NCBI GenBank assembly: GCA_963823555.1
Contig: CAWGMA010000003.1
Location: forward strand, 640,001 to 704,000
DNA length: 64,000 bases
DNA from: Candidatus Eiseniibacteriota bacterium
GTDB taxonomy: Bacteria; Eisenbacteria; RBG-16-71-46; CAVPCR01
Direction of reading: 5' to 3'
Below the pieces are notes generated by a model. The model did no database searches. It was given only the letters and a program-made list of their open reading frames with translations, and was not told where the DNA came from. Positions 18,772 to 31,549 of the stretch are shown piece by piece (the first letter of the stretch is position 1; every line of letters begins with the position of its first letter). A program made the translations under genes and the position numbers.

Positions 18772-20080
18772 GAGATCGCGCTCCTGAAGGAGGAGCTGCG
18801 GATCAAGGATGAACGTTGGAGCCGGTTGTCCTCGCGCCGGCGGCCGCACTACACGGCGATCGAACGGCTGCGGATTCTCGAACTCAAAGCGGCTCGCGGC
18901 TGGTCGCGGGAGCAAGCAGCGCGGATCTTCCTGCTCGACGAGCAGACGGTGCGGGTGCTCTGGTGCGGCTTGCCGATCCGGTGAACAAGTTCCCGGAGTT
19001 CGTGCGCTACCTGGTGAAGGAGCTCAAAGCGCTGGTCCCGGCCATGGGGAAGGTGCGTATCGCGCAGGTGCTGGCGCGGGCGGGGCTGCACCTGGGCGCC
19101 ACCACCGTCGGGCGGATCCTCAAGGAGCCAGAGCCGTTGCCAGGGGAAGCAGCGGGGTTCGTAGAGACAGAGGTCGTCGAGACGCGCGTGATGGCCACGC
19201 ATCCTGATGAGATCTGGCACGTTGACCTCACCACCGTGCCGACGGCGGCGGGGTTCTGGGTGCCGTGGCTGCCGTTCACCTGGCCGCAGGCCTGGCCGTT
19301 CTGCTGGTGGGTGGCGGTGGTGATCGATCACTTCTCGCGGGCGGTGGTCGGCTTTGCCGTCTTCTCTCGCCCTCCGACCTCGGCGGAAGTCCAGCGCTCA
19401 CTTGGCCTGGCGATCCGCCGCGCCGGTCATCGCCCGCGGTACGTGATCAGCGACCAGGGGCGGCAGTTTCGCTGCAAGTCCTTCCGGCGCTGGTGCCGGC
19501 GACGGGGCATTCGTCCCCGCTTCGGTGCCGTCGGTGAGTACGGCAGCCTCGCCGTCATCGAGCGGTTCATGCGCTCGCTGAAGGCGGAGTGCACGCGGCA
19601 GATCCTGGTTCCGCTGCGGCTGGACGCAGTACGGCGAGAGATCGCGCTGTACGTCGTCTGGCACAATCTGCACCGACCGAGCCGGGCCTTGGGCGGCCGG
19701 ACGCCGTGGGAAGTGTACGCGGAACTGCCCCCGGCGAACGCGCGACCACGGCACGAACCCCGGGCGGGGTGGCCAGCCGAGGCGCCCTGCGCGGCCCCGC
19801 AGACCGCGATCCGCGGCCAGTGCAGCACGAGACTCGCTCTTGTCGTCGGCTACCTGGAAGGCCGGAGGCACCTGCCGGTGGTAGCGCTGCATGAAGCGGC
19901 GTGATCGCGGGTGACGAAGACTCACCCAGGATTCTGCAGCCAGCGGCGTCAGTTGCGCAGCCCTGATGCCCTGATGGCCAACTGCGCGCTTGACATTGGC
20001 CTATGCGGCCCAACTTCTCGCGGCGCTGGCAAGCCGAATCGGGGTTCTGAAGGCGGCGCTGAAATCGGTGGACGAGTTCA

Positions 20081-20272
20081 CAGGATAACATCCGTCGGTG
20101 CCTCAGGTTCCGCCAACCGGAGCGGGGCGCCGAGATTCGGTGGACCAATATGGGCGTCGGCCAACCCAGCCAGCGAAGGTGGCCAGGAAGGGGCGAAAGC
20201 GGATGGAGTCAAGCATCCGACGAGGCTATCAGCCGGCTTCCTGACAGCACGATCGACTTTTCGGATAGGACG
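20081..20272 (-). mobile_element. Stacked remnants: element E left end plus the end and N-terminus of a second integrase-core element
   Basis: CAGGATAACATCC...GAGATTCGGTGGACCAATAT. 20158-20190 is the reverse complement of 22544-22576. CAGCACGATCGACT is shared with 3791-3804. Confidence 0.7.
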
Positions 20273-20307
20273 CGATCGCTGCCACGGAGACAATTGCCAT
20301 TAAAGCG

Positions 20308-20466
20308 CTAGGAGTTGTCGCGCTGCGCCGTCGAGCCCTTGCGGAAAGCGAGGAGTGCCTTCCGCATCGCAACTGACACCCTGAGCTTCTCCGCCCAGGG
20401 CTTCGCCCTCCGGGCGCGCTGCCACGCGGCTTGACGCTCGAGTAGTCGACGGATCTCGGGTCTCAT
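20308..20466 (-). CDS. Small basic helical protein (52 aa), candidate partner of the adjacent nucleotidyltransferase
   Basis: ATGA overlap with the upstream stop. MRPEIRRLLERQAAWQRARRAKPWAEKLR. Confidence 0.65.
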   Translation of the reverse strand: MRPEIRRLLERQAAWQRARRAKPWAEKLRVSVAMRKALLAFRKGSTAQRDNS

Positions 20467-20966
20467 GCGAAGCGTTCCATAAAGGACTCCCACTTCTTCG
20501 AGAGCCCGTGCGCGTTCGCGAGAGCCCCGATCTGGGAATGGGTGACGGCGCCAGCCTCAACGAGCGCCAGGATGCGGGCGAAGTCCTTGGCCCGACCCAC
20601 ACTGAGTGCGATGACCGCAAGGTAGTCGGCTCGCACGACACGTAGCGGAGCGCCCTCCATGTCAGCGCTCTCAGCGTGTTCGATGGCGGCGTCTGTAAGG
20701 CGGTCAATGCTCGGTATGAACTGGACCGGCCAGTCCCCCACACGGATCGCCTCTCCCTCCGGCTCGTAGCCTCGATCCGCGCAGAATCGGTAGATGGGGC
20801 TTAGCACATCGAGGGCGTCTGGTTCGGGAACGGTCACAAGAACATCCGCGTCCATCGTGGCCACGGCCTCGGTATATCTCATCTGAGCGACAGCCCCGAA
20901 CACCGCGTAGTTCGTCACTACACCTGCGTCAACGAGGTCGTTCAGGAGTTCAGCCACACGCTTCAT
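20463..20966 (-). CDS. Nucleotidyltransferase-fold protein (AbiEii-like)
   Basis: FGAVA...ATMDADV (GxxA...TxDxD) and GRAKD motifs. GGAGG RBS. Confidence 0.65.
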   Translation of the reverse strand: MKRVAELLNDLVDAGVVTNYAVFGAVAQMRYTEAVATMDADVLVTVPEPDALDVLSPIYRFCADRGYEPEGEAIRVGDWPVQFIPSIDRLTDAAIEHAESADMEGAPLRVVRADYLAVIALSVGRAKDFARILALVEAGAVTHSQIGALANAHGLSKKWESFMERFA

Positions 20967-21096
20967 CGGGCGCAGTGTACCTCCGCAACTGCCGAGCTTC
21001 AAGGTGACTGGGACTGCCATGACCCGGCCTGGCGGGTTTCTAGCCCTGATCATTCATGAAGGGCGGCCACAAACTTCAGCGAGTGTCTGCCCTCCT

Positions 21097-21290
21097 ATAT
21101 TGGTCCACCGAATCTCGGCGTCGCGTCTTGGCGGTTGAACGTGTTGCAGCGAAGGATGTTATCCTTCGCTCGTGGATGCCGTGGCCGGAGCCGTGCGGCG
21201 ACGAGCCGCCATCAGCGGGAACGGCTACAGGGGGAACTCGACCGTGCTCACACCGAGATCGCGCTCCTCAAGGAGGAGTTACGGATCAAG
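21097..21290 (+). mobile_element. Internally deleted element E left-end remnant
   Basis: ATATTGGTCCACCGAATCTCGGCG...GGATGTTATCCT, then codons TEIALLKEELRIK at ~21252-21290. Confidence 0.8.
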
Positions 21291-22463
21291 CGACGCCCAT
21301 GAGATTGGGCTGGCCGGCGCCGGCTGGGCGGCACGGCCGGACGGTCCCAGCACTCTCTTCCGGAACCCGGCCGGGATGAGCGAGCTCGATGGGGGCTTCT
21401 CCTCGTGAAAGCACAGATGCTCTACGGGGATCTCGGCTTCGATCCCGACGAGAGAACCACGGTGGATGGGAACGACGGCGGCAACCCGATCGGTGCTTTC
21501 CCGGGAGGAAGCTTCTATTACACCCGACGCCATGATTCCGGCCTCGGGTACGGGGTCGGCGTTCTTTCCTACTTCGGCTCGGCACAGGAGTACGAGTCGG
21601 GATGGGTCGGGCGCTACTACATCCAGGAAGCCACCTTGCTCGGCCTCACCGCCATGCCCGCTGTGAGCTATGCGCTCAACGACCGGTTCAGCTTCGGTGC
21701 CGGGCTCAACGTCATGTACGGTGTGTTCGATACGACGGTCAAGCTCCGGAGCCCATCGAGCGAGGCCGATGCCGAGCTGACGGTCGATAGTTCCGACACC
21801 GGGGTTGGGGCCAACATCGGCATCATGTTCGAGACCGATGAGGAGACGCGCGTTGGCGTTACCTACCTGTCGCCGGTGAATCTCGATTTCGAATCCACAC
21901 CTGAGTTCGATGGGCTGGGGCCAGTTCTTGAGGGGGTGCTGACACGGCACGGAGTGTTCGGGGCGCCACTCGACGTGGACATGAAGGTGCCGCAAACGGT
22001 AATGACGAGCGTGCACAGCAATGTGAGCGAGAGCTGGGCGCTCATGTTCAACTTCGGGTGGCAAGACTGGGATCGGTTCGGCAAGGTGGGGATATCGCTC
22101 GGCGACACGCTCGCCAGCGTGACCGCCGATCGGCGGTACCGCGATACCTGGCACTTGGCCGTGGGCGCCGAGGCTGAGGTCAACCCGAAGCTCCAGCTGA
22201 CGACCGGCTTTTCCTACGACACATCAGCGGTGAGCGATGGCGACCGCACCCTCGACTTCGCCGTCGGCGAGAGCTATCGGTTTGCCGGTGGGGGGCGGTT
22301 CGCGCTCCGGCCGAGCCTGGTTCTCGGACTCGGATATGCGTTCATCTGGTCGGGGGATCTGCCGGTCGACCAGTTCCGAGGCCCGCTGGCAGGCCGCGTG
22401 TCCGGGGAATTCGCCGACACGATGCTGCACTTCTTCGGCGCGAGCCTCGAGTGGAAGCTATAG
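21291..22463 (+). pseudogene. OmpP1/FadL-family outer-membrane transporter, 5'-truncated and frameshifted
   Basis: GLAGAGWAARPDGPSTLFRNPAGM is out of frame with the barrel body (21405-22463). No signal peptide. Confidence 0.78.
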
Positions 22464-22484
22464 GCGCAGAGGATGCTACGTTGG

Positions 22485-22920
22485 TGTACTGATCCAGCGA
22501 ATATCGAGACGCGGCACGCCCGGTCCGGTCTGCTGCAGGCCATCTTCCTGGCCACCTTCGCTGGCTGGGTTGGCCGTCTGGCCTGGCATCGCACGCTCAT
22601 CGCGGCAAAGTGGACCTATCCTCGACAGCGGGTTGGTCGGCCCGGCGTCATAAAGGAGATCCGCGAGCTGGTGGTCAGGATGGCGGAGGAGAACCCGATC
22701 TGGAGGCATGCGAGGATCCCGGGTGCGCTGAAACACCTGGGCCATCGTGTGGCTTGCAGCACGATCGCCAGGATGTTGAAAGAACATGGCATCAAGCCGT
22801 CGCCCGAGCGGCCGATGGGGTGGGCGACGTTGATCCGTGAGCATGCCACCGCCATTGCGGCGGCGGACTTCTTCACGACCGAGGTATGGACGGCTCGTGG
22901 TCTGGTCCGGTACTACACGG
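22485..22920 (+). mobile_element. Element E end remnant fused to an integrase-core transposase fragment
   Basis: TGTACTGATCCAGCGAATATCG end variant, then GRPGVIKEIRELVVRMAEENP...AAADFFTTEV. Confidence 0.72.
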
Positions 22921-22970
22921 GGAAGACGGTACGTTCCCCGGAGCTGTGATCGCTGTACATGGCCCGTTAG

Positions 22971-25187
<2,217 letters not shown>

Positions 25188-25502
25188 TGTCCGGAGAGGA
25201 CCCAGAGCGAGGCGAGCATCAACCGGCGCATGGCGGATCTCCGAGGTTATCGTGAAGAGCCGAGGTGATGACCCTCCGAGATTACACCCGCTCGGGTGAA
25301 CCGGCAGGGGGCTGACCGGAGGCGCGGGCTCCCGGTCCCGGTGGCTGAACGTGTTGCAGGAGGGGCCGGATGATGTCCGGGCGCTTCCCCTCCGTCCACG
25401 CAGGGCGCCGCACGGCAGCCGTAGGAGCAACGCCTGTCACTGGATAGGGACAGGGAGCCAGAGCCGAGAATCGCTGGACCAGCGCAGAACATCTTATCTA
25501 AT

Positions 25503-27950
25503 CTACGACCCGTCCATCGGTGCCGACGATGGGAATGTGGGTCGGAGCTGCGGCCTGAACTCGGTGGCCCTGTTCAGTTGCGACAACGCCAGGAACGCCA
25601 CGGCGTAAATCGAGAGTCCCAGGATCAGAGTCGCGTGAAACCCGATGAAGATCGAAAGCGCGGTCGATACCAGGCCGCCGATCAGCGTGAAGAGACCATT
25701 CATCGCCCAAGCCCACGCCACGGAGCCGGGGGGCATACGCTCGATCGACAGGATGCCGAGAGGGAAAGGCATGCCGAGAACGAAGCCGAGAGGGAAGATG
25801 AGGGCGAAGGATACGCCGACTCGGAGAGGGAGGGGCTGTGACAGAAAGAGCTCGATCACGAACGGGTAGGAGAGGGCCATCGCGCCGCCGAAGACGGCGA
25901 TTCCCACGAAGGGCCAGGTCCACCGGTGATCGGGGCGAATGCCGATCCGTGACGATGCGATACTGCCGAGGCCGGCCGCGACGAGCATGGTCAGGAGGAC
26001 CGTCGAGATCGCGTAGAGCGGGAATCCGACGAGCTTCATGAAGATCTGGATGAGTACCAGCTCGATGATGATGAAGCCGGCGCCCAGGGAAGAGAAATAG
26101 ACAAGCGTCGGGGCTCGCCGCGCCCAGGTCGCCCTTCCCACCTCCGAGAAGCGGAGCGGCAGCAAGAGGAATGCGAAGGCGAAGGTCAGCGAAACCACGC
26201 CGGTCACGATCAGATGGATTACGTCCATCGGCACGAACTTGCGCGTGCGGGCATTCAGCACCCAGGCCGTGGCGTCGTGCAGGAAGAGCTCCGGATCGGC
26301 CTCGACCTTCCCGAGGTGGCGCCGCAGGAAGTTGAAATAGGGCTGATCGTCGGTGGGCGGCTCCACGCGGTAGGACATGCGGTCGGCTAGCTCCTCCGGA
26401 AAAGCCCCCGAGTAGAAGTCCGAAGACAGGGAGCTTCGTTCCGGGTGCAGCGGGTTCTCGACAAGCACTTGCGGTGTCTTGGAGAGCGCAGCCAGCCGGG
26501 TCAGCTCGTCGAGCTCCGTCTGATGCCACAGCGACATCTTGATCAAGAGCGTCGGCAGGTTGTCGCGGCCGGCTGGCCTCCGCAGTACGACGACGTGTCG
26601 CTGAAGGTCGCGCCGCCCCATCTCTTTCCAGGCCTGCGCGGCCGTAGTCAGCATTCGTGGAAAGACATGGTGGTTGATGTGGAGGATGCCGTCGTCGTTC
26701 AGGTGCTCGAAGTACTCGCGGTAGGCTTCGACGGTCTGCAGATAGTGCGGTGACATGGCTCCCGACCCGCCACCGACGCTGGAGCTCGTGTGGTTGCTGA
26801 AGATCTGGATGATGTCGTAGAGCTGGTCCGTGCCGCGCAGAAAGCTCCGCCCCTCTGCCCGGATGCATCGCACTCGCGGATCCAGGAACAGAGCGCCCGT
26901 ATAGTCGGAGTACTCGTTGCGGGCAAGATCGATCACCGCACCGACCATCTCCACTGCGTCGACCGACGCGGCGCCGTACGTCAGTGCGGCCTTGGTCTCC
27001 TGGCCTCCGGCGCTGCCTATGATCAGCACCGACTGATCGCTATCGCGCTTCAGGTAGTGTGAGGCAATGACGCCCGAGAACCAGAAGTGACGATCGATCG
27101 GATCGACTCCACTCTCGATCCGTTGTCGCAGGCCGGCGAAGTCGCCGTCGAACTCGTAGTAGTTGCTGCTTTGCTGTCCGCCATCGTACGCGATGTGCTT
27201 GCGGTGCTTGCCCTTCACGTCCAGAACATCGATCTTCGAAATCGGATCCCAGCGCGTCAGCTCGATCATCCCCTTGGCGCGCATTCTGGATACCGCCCTC
27301 TTGTCGACGTGCTCGCGGAACGCGAAGTAGTCTGGCATGCGAAGAACCGGCATGACGGCGAGCGCGACGGCTCCCACGACCGCGGCGACTGCCCAGGCGC
27401 GATTTCCCGCGAACAGGGCCGAGGCGAGCAGCCCAAGGGCGGCAACACCGAAGAGCAATCCGCCGGGGCCGATCGGCTTGATCAGCGGAATCAGGAGCAC
27501 GCAACCGACGCCAGCACCCACCAAATCGAAGAAGTAGAGCGATTGGATCCGGGAAGTGAAGACCGAGAAGAGCGCGGTGAATACCAGACCGGCGAGGAAG
27601 AAGGGAACGGCGAGTGCCAGGTACATCCCCAGGAAGTAGACGGCCTGCGCCCCGGGCGCTGCCGTGATTTCGTCGTAGTTGAATGGAAGAAGATTGAGGA
27701 GCGGACGGAGGGCCAGTGTGGACAGGGCGAAGCCGAGCGTGAGAGACGCGAGCGTGCGGCGGATGTGCGGCGGGTGAAAGGGCCGGAGGGCGCCGTAGAT
27801 CCCCGCCAGCCCGATGCTGAACATGGCGCAGGTGATGACCATGTAGGCCATGTTCGGCGCCAGGATCACGTCGAACGCTCGCGTCAGAACCAGCTCCATC
27901 ACGAGCACCGCCATCGCCACGAGGAAGATGCCGAGATAGATGCTTCTCAA
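25503..27950 (-). CDS. Polytopic membrane protein with central spermidine-synthase-like SAM-binding domain
   Basis: N- and C-terminal TM bundles. VLIIGSAGGQE, DAVE, EGRSFL, YDII, GMPFPLG. Confidence 0.8.
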   Translation of the reverse strand: MRSIYLGIFLVAMAVLVMELVLTRAFDVILAPNMAYMVITCAMFSIGLAGIYGALRPFHPPHIRRTLASLTLGFALSTLALRPLLNLLPFNYDEITAAPGAQAVYFLGMYLALAVPFFLAGLVFTALFSVFTSRIQSLYFFDLVGAGVGCVLLIPLIKPIGPGGLLFGVAALGLLASALFAGNRAWAVAAVVGAVALAVMPVLRMPDYFAFREHVDKRAVSRMRAKGMIELTRWDPISKIDVLDVKGKHRKHIAYDGGQQSSNYYEFDGDFAGLRQRIESGVDPIDRHFWFSGVIASHYLKRDSDQSVLIIGSAGGQETKAALTYGAASVDAVEMVGAVIDLARNEYSDYTGALFLDPRVRCIRAEGRSFLRGTDQLYDIIQIFSNHTSSSVGGGSGAMSPHYLQTVEAYREYFEHLNDDGILHINHHVFPRMLTTAAQAWKEMGRRDLQRHVVVLRRPAGRDNLPTLLIKMSLWHQTELDELTRLAALSKTPQVLVENPLHPERSSLSSDFYSGAFPEELADRMSYRVEPPTDDQPYFNFLRRHLGKVEADPELFLHDATAWVLNARTRKFVPMDVIHLIVTGVVSLTFAFAFLLLPLRFSEVGRATWARRAPTLVYFSSLGAGFIIIELVLIQIFMKLVGFPLYAISTVLLTMLVAAGLGSIASSRIGIRPDHRWTWPFVGIAVFGGAMALSYPFVIELFLSQPLPLRVGVSFALIFPLGFVLGMPFPLGILSIERMPPGSVAWAWAMNGLFTLIGGLVSTALSIFIGFHATLILGLSIYAVAFLALSQLNRATEFRPQLRPTFPSSAPMDGS

Positions 27951-28215
27951 GTAGGGTCCGCTCCTTTGCAGAGAGATCAGCGAGCGTGTGTCCTGGTATC
28001 GGCTCTTGAACGCATACTCTCTTGAGCCGCTTTCGGCTATCCACCCCGCGACTAGAGCGCCCCGGGTCCGTCGTTGTCAAGCCATTAGCGAGTCGTCGCA
28101 CGGGGTCCGTGTAGTGCGATCGTGCTCAGATACTATCACCGCGGGGCGGCGTCAACAGCGGGAATGCAGGTCGGAGCGACCAATTCCGGCAGCGCACGGT
28201 TGTCCGAAAGCTCGA

Positions 28216-28840
28216 TCACTTGAGCATGGTCAGCGTCCCGCTCGCCGCATCCACCGGCGTCCGTAGCTCGTAGAGAAAGAGACCGGAGCCCACCTGATGT
28301 CCTGCATCGTCGCGCCCGTCCCAGGTCACCTCGATCGGCGCGCCGCCGACATCGAAGAGGCGATCTTGCAACAGCGTGCGGATCAGCCGTCCCGTGGCAT
28401 CGAAGACCCGCAAGCTGACCGGCTGCCGGACGCCGTATTCGAAGCGGATCGTGGTCGAGGGACTGGCTGGATTGGGCCGTACAGCAAGGAGCCAGATGCC
28501 CGCTTCGACCACGGGGAGGCGCCGACACCGGTGGTGCCGCCGCTATCGATTGCGATTCCCAGGCGGTAGGCGCCGAGGCCGGGGTCCGTGCGCAACGTCG
28601 ATGCACCCAGCACCGTCGTGGAGCCGATCGAGAGCAACGCGGGTCTGATCTCGGGCACGGCCAGGGCCGCGACCGGAACGCCGGCCGGATCGAGCACCGA
28701 GCCGTCAGGTGCGATCCTGGCGCCGTAGATGTCGGTTCATCTATCGAAGTAGATCTCGGCGTTGCGCTTGTCCTCCCAGACGACGACGAATTCCTCACCG
28801 TTCCAGCTCACCGCCGGCCGCAGCTGCTTCTCGGGCGCCG
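28216..28840 (-). pseudogene. 3' remnant of a secreted protein with FlgD-type C-terminal domain
   Basis: PAVSWNGEEFVVVWED and DIYGARI, in-frame stop at 28737-28739, frameshift at ~28513, then RPNP...FDATGRLIR...WDGRD. Confidence 0.75.
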
Positions 28841-28848
28841 AGGAGATC

Positions 28849-29139
28849 GTGAATATCGGAATCCACCACATCATCAACGACGCGCAGAAGTGGGAGCAAG
28901 GTGTGCAGAGCGTGATGCGCCAGGTCGAAGGAGGCGCTCTCCCTGCAGGAATGAAGCCTGTTATCTTCATTCCTGCCGTCAACCAGAAGACTACCTTCTG
29001 CGTCTGGGAAGCCGATTCCATCGACACCGTCAAGAAGTTCATCGACCGTGAGACAGGCACCGCCGCTCGCAACGAGTACTTTGAAGTGGACACGAAGAAC
29101 GCGCTGGGCTTGCCGGAAGTCGCCGTGGGGAAGAGGTAG
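28849..29139 (+). CDS. Small hypothetical protein, probable ferredoxin-like alpha/beta fold
   Basis: GAGGAG RBS with GTG start, FCVWEADSIDTV motif. Confidence 0.7.
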   Translation: MNIGIHHIINDAQKWEQGVQSVMRQVEGGALPAGMKPVIFIPAVNQKTTFCVWEADSIDTVKKFIDRETGTAARNEYFEVDTKNALGLPEVAVGKR

Positions 29140-29442
29140 AGCTGAAGGAGTGTGGACGGCGCGAGTAAGCGTTTTTAGCGCGCATCGAAGCTGATTTATG
29201 AAGCGGCGGAGAACGAGCTCCGCCGCTTCTTCTGTGCCTACGGCGTGGGCATTGGTCCGCCGATTCTCGATAGACCCTTCTGCGCACAGTACCGTTACCA
29301 CCGGCGGGCACCGTGAAAGGCGCTGATTCCATTTTCGAGGGCATCGTTCTACAATCGTTGTAGGAATGGAGGGAGAGGCGCGCCTCGGCCCTTTCCCTGC
29401 CTGATCCGCAACGGCCGCCTGCCCAGGATTCTGGAGTCGCCC

Positions 29443-31032
29443 ATGCAACCGCCGCGTTTCTCCTACTGCCGCGGTCTCCGGAGCCCGGCCTCCTGGCTGC
29501 CGGTGGTCGCCCTTTTCTCTTGGTCCTTACCGGCGGGTAGTTACCTGCAAGGCGTCGCGACCTCGGCCGAGATGGCACAGGCGATTCAGCCGGAGACCTA
29601 CTCGGCGGTCCTTCCCACCGGGTTCCGTAAGGGGCCCTATCTGATCTATCCCGGCGATCCATCAACCATGGAGATCCTCTGGCAGGCCTACGGGACAACC
29701 CTCTGCACCCTCGAATGGGGCAGGGACCCCCATCATTCGGAGGGCACGGTCGAAACGGCCGAGTACGGCGACGACCATCAGCACTCGTTCCTGATCAGGG
29801 ACCTTGCACCAGGGACTCGTTACTACTACCGCGTGACTCTTGGCGAGGAAACCTATGCCGCCTCTTTCATCGCGGCACCGGATGACAATGCCACTTCCAT
29901 CAAGTTCATGCTGCACGGCGATACGCAGGCGAACGCCGCGAGCCATGACTCCATCTGCGCGGCGATTATCGATGAATATCTCGCCGATCCCGCCTATCAG
30001 TCCCTGATTCTGGGCCTGGGCGACCTGTCCAATTTCGGCCGACTGGAATCGGACTGGGATCAGTACCTCTTCAATCCAGCGCATTCGCACATCCGCGAGC
30101 GACTGGCCAACATCCCCTTCAACACTTGCATCGGCAACCACGAGCTCTATGAAAGCGCGACCACCTACGATCTCGACGCCCCCTTATTCAAAAAGTACTT
30201 CCCGTACCCGTTCGTGGCCGATCGCTACTGGTCCTTCGACTACGGGCCTGCCCACATCATCGTCGCCGACCTCTATCCCTGGTACTACGACCCCGGGTTG
30301 CCCAGCCTGATTCCGCCCGGCTTCATCTCGCCGGAGCAGGCGGAGTGGATCGAAAACGATCTAGCCTTGACGGACAGGACCTGGAAGTTCGTGATCATCC
30401 ACGAACCGGGCTGGTCTGCCGGCCCCCATCCCAACAACCCTTCGGTTCAAGACACGCTACATCCGCTCTGCGAACTCCGGGGGATCGATATCGTCTTCGC
30501 CGGTCACAACCACTACTATGCTCGGGCCGATGTAGATGGCATCCGCTACCTGACGACGAGCGGCGGAGCCCGCCTCTACTGGCCGGCGTCGGGGAGCCCC
30601 CATATCGTAACCAGCAGCCGCGACCATACGTACTGCAAGATCGAAATCAGCGGATCGGTGCTCAATATCTGGGCGGTGACGCTGGACGGCGAAATCATCG
30701 ACCAGTTCACCATCGTCAAGAACACCGCGGTGAATGCCGACCCGCCGCCGGCGCCCGCACTCCGGCTCGACCAGAATCGCCCCAACCCGTTTGTGCTGAA
30801 CACGGCGATCACCTTCGATCTTCCCGAACCGTCGCCCGCAGCCTTGCGCATCTACGATGTTGGAGGGCATCTGGCAAGAACTCTGGTCGAGGCCTGGCTG
30901 GATGCCGACACCTATCGCATCGAGTGGGACGGGCTCGACTCCCGGGGGCGTCGCCTGGCCCCGGGAGTCTATTGGTACCAGCTCACCACTCCGCGGCACA
31001 GGACAGCGAAGAAGCTCATCATTAGCCCGTAG
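29443..31032 (+). CDS. Purple-acid-phosphatase-type metallophosphoesterase with FN3-like and FlgD-type domains
   Basis: GDTQ, GD, GNHE, HEP and GHNH metal motifs. QNRPNPF...WDG tail. Confidence 0.9.
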   Translation: MQPPRFSYCRGLRSPASWLPVVALFSWSLPAGSYLQGVATSAEMAQAIQPETYSAVLPTGFRKGPYLIYPGDPSTMEILWQAYGTTLCTLEWGRDPHHSEGTVETAEYGDDHQHSFLIRDLAPGTRYYYRVTLGEETYAASFIAAPDDNATSIKFMLHGDTQANAASHDSICAAIIDEYLADPAYQSLILGLGDLSNFGRLESDWDQYLFNPAHSHIRERLANIPFNTCIGNHELYESATTYDLDAPLFKKYFPYPFVADRYWSFDYGPAHIIVADLYPWYYDPGLPSLIPPGFISPEQAEWIENDLALTDRTWKFVIIHEPGWSAGPHPNNPSVQDTLHPLCELRGIDIVFAGHNHYYARADVDGIRYLTTSGGARLYWPASGSPHIVTSSRDHTYCKIEISGSVLNIWAVTLDGEIIDQFTIVKNTAVNADPPPAPALRLDQNRPNPFVLNTAITFDLPEPSPAALRIYDVGGHLARTLVEAWLDADTYRIEWDGLDSRGRRLAPGVYWYQLTTPRHRTAKKLIISP

Positions 31033-31117
31033 GTGGAGCGAATCCGAGAGTCGAGCCTGCGGGCCGCCGACCGAGTTCTCGGTGCTCCGGGGTTCGGAAG
31101 CCGACCTTTCTCCTGGC

Positions 31118-31157
31118 TTGACATACCTAGGACTACCATGTATAGTGCCTCATGGTA
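31118..31157 (+). promoter_or_regulatory. Sigma70 promoter with overlapping palindromic operator
   Basis: TTGACA-N17-TATAGT, with TACCATG-N10-CATGGTA spanning the -10 box. Confidence 0.8.
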
Positions 31158-31173
31158 TGAGAAGGGTGCTGTC

Positions 31174-31524
31174 ATGAACATCCAGAAGGATCTTGTCGCC
31201 GCCTCCGCCACACCGCTGGTGCTGGCCATCCTCAGCGAGGGGGAGAGCTACGGATACGCCATCATCAAACGGGTTGGCGAATTGTCCGGGGGCGAGCTGC
31301 AATGGACGGACGGCATGATCTATCCGCTCCTGCATCGCCTCGAACGCAACGGCTTCATCAAGGCGGTCTGGGGACAATCGGAAACGGGCAGGCGGCGCAA
31401 GTACTACCGGCTGACACGCGCGGGGACGGCGCAACTCGCCCGTCAGCGTCGTCAGTGGCAAGTAGTCGACCTCGCGCTGCGGGGCATCTGGCTCACCGCG
31501 GCCGACTCGCCATCGCGGCCTTGA
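31174..31524 (+). CDS. PadR-family transcriptional regulator
   Basis: ESYGYAI, GMIYPLLHRLE, RRKYYRLT. Confidence 0.92.
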   Translation: MNIQKDLVAASATPLVLAILSEGESYGYAIIKRVGELSGGELQWTDGMIYPLLHRLERNGFIKAVWGQSETGRRRKYYRLTRAGTAQLARQRRQWQVVDLALRGIWLTAADSPSRP

Positions 31525-31549
31525 GGATCCGCAACTGGAGAGAGACACA

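Larger units (their letters stand above)
17206..19904 (+). pseudogene. DDE integrase/transposase of element E (IS3 insertion plus frameshift or deletion at ~18950)
   Basis: Removing IS3 restores ...RAQTE-IALLKEELRIKD. The C-terminal part has WHVD, IDHFSR, SDQGRQF, IERFMRSLK. Confidence 0.85.
17103..20080 (+). mobile_element. Unclassified DDE element E, interrupted by IS3
   Basis: The left end TGAACTAGTCCAGCGAATCTC and the right end (reverse complement TGAACTCGTCCACCGATTTCA) form imperfect IRs. Confidence 0.75.
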
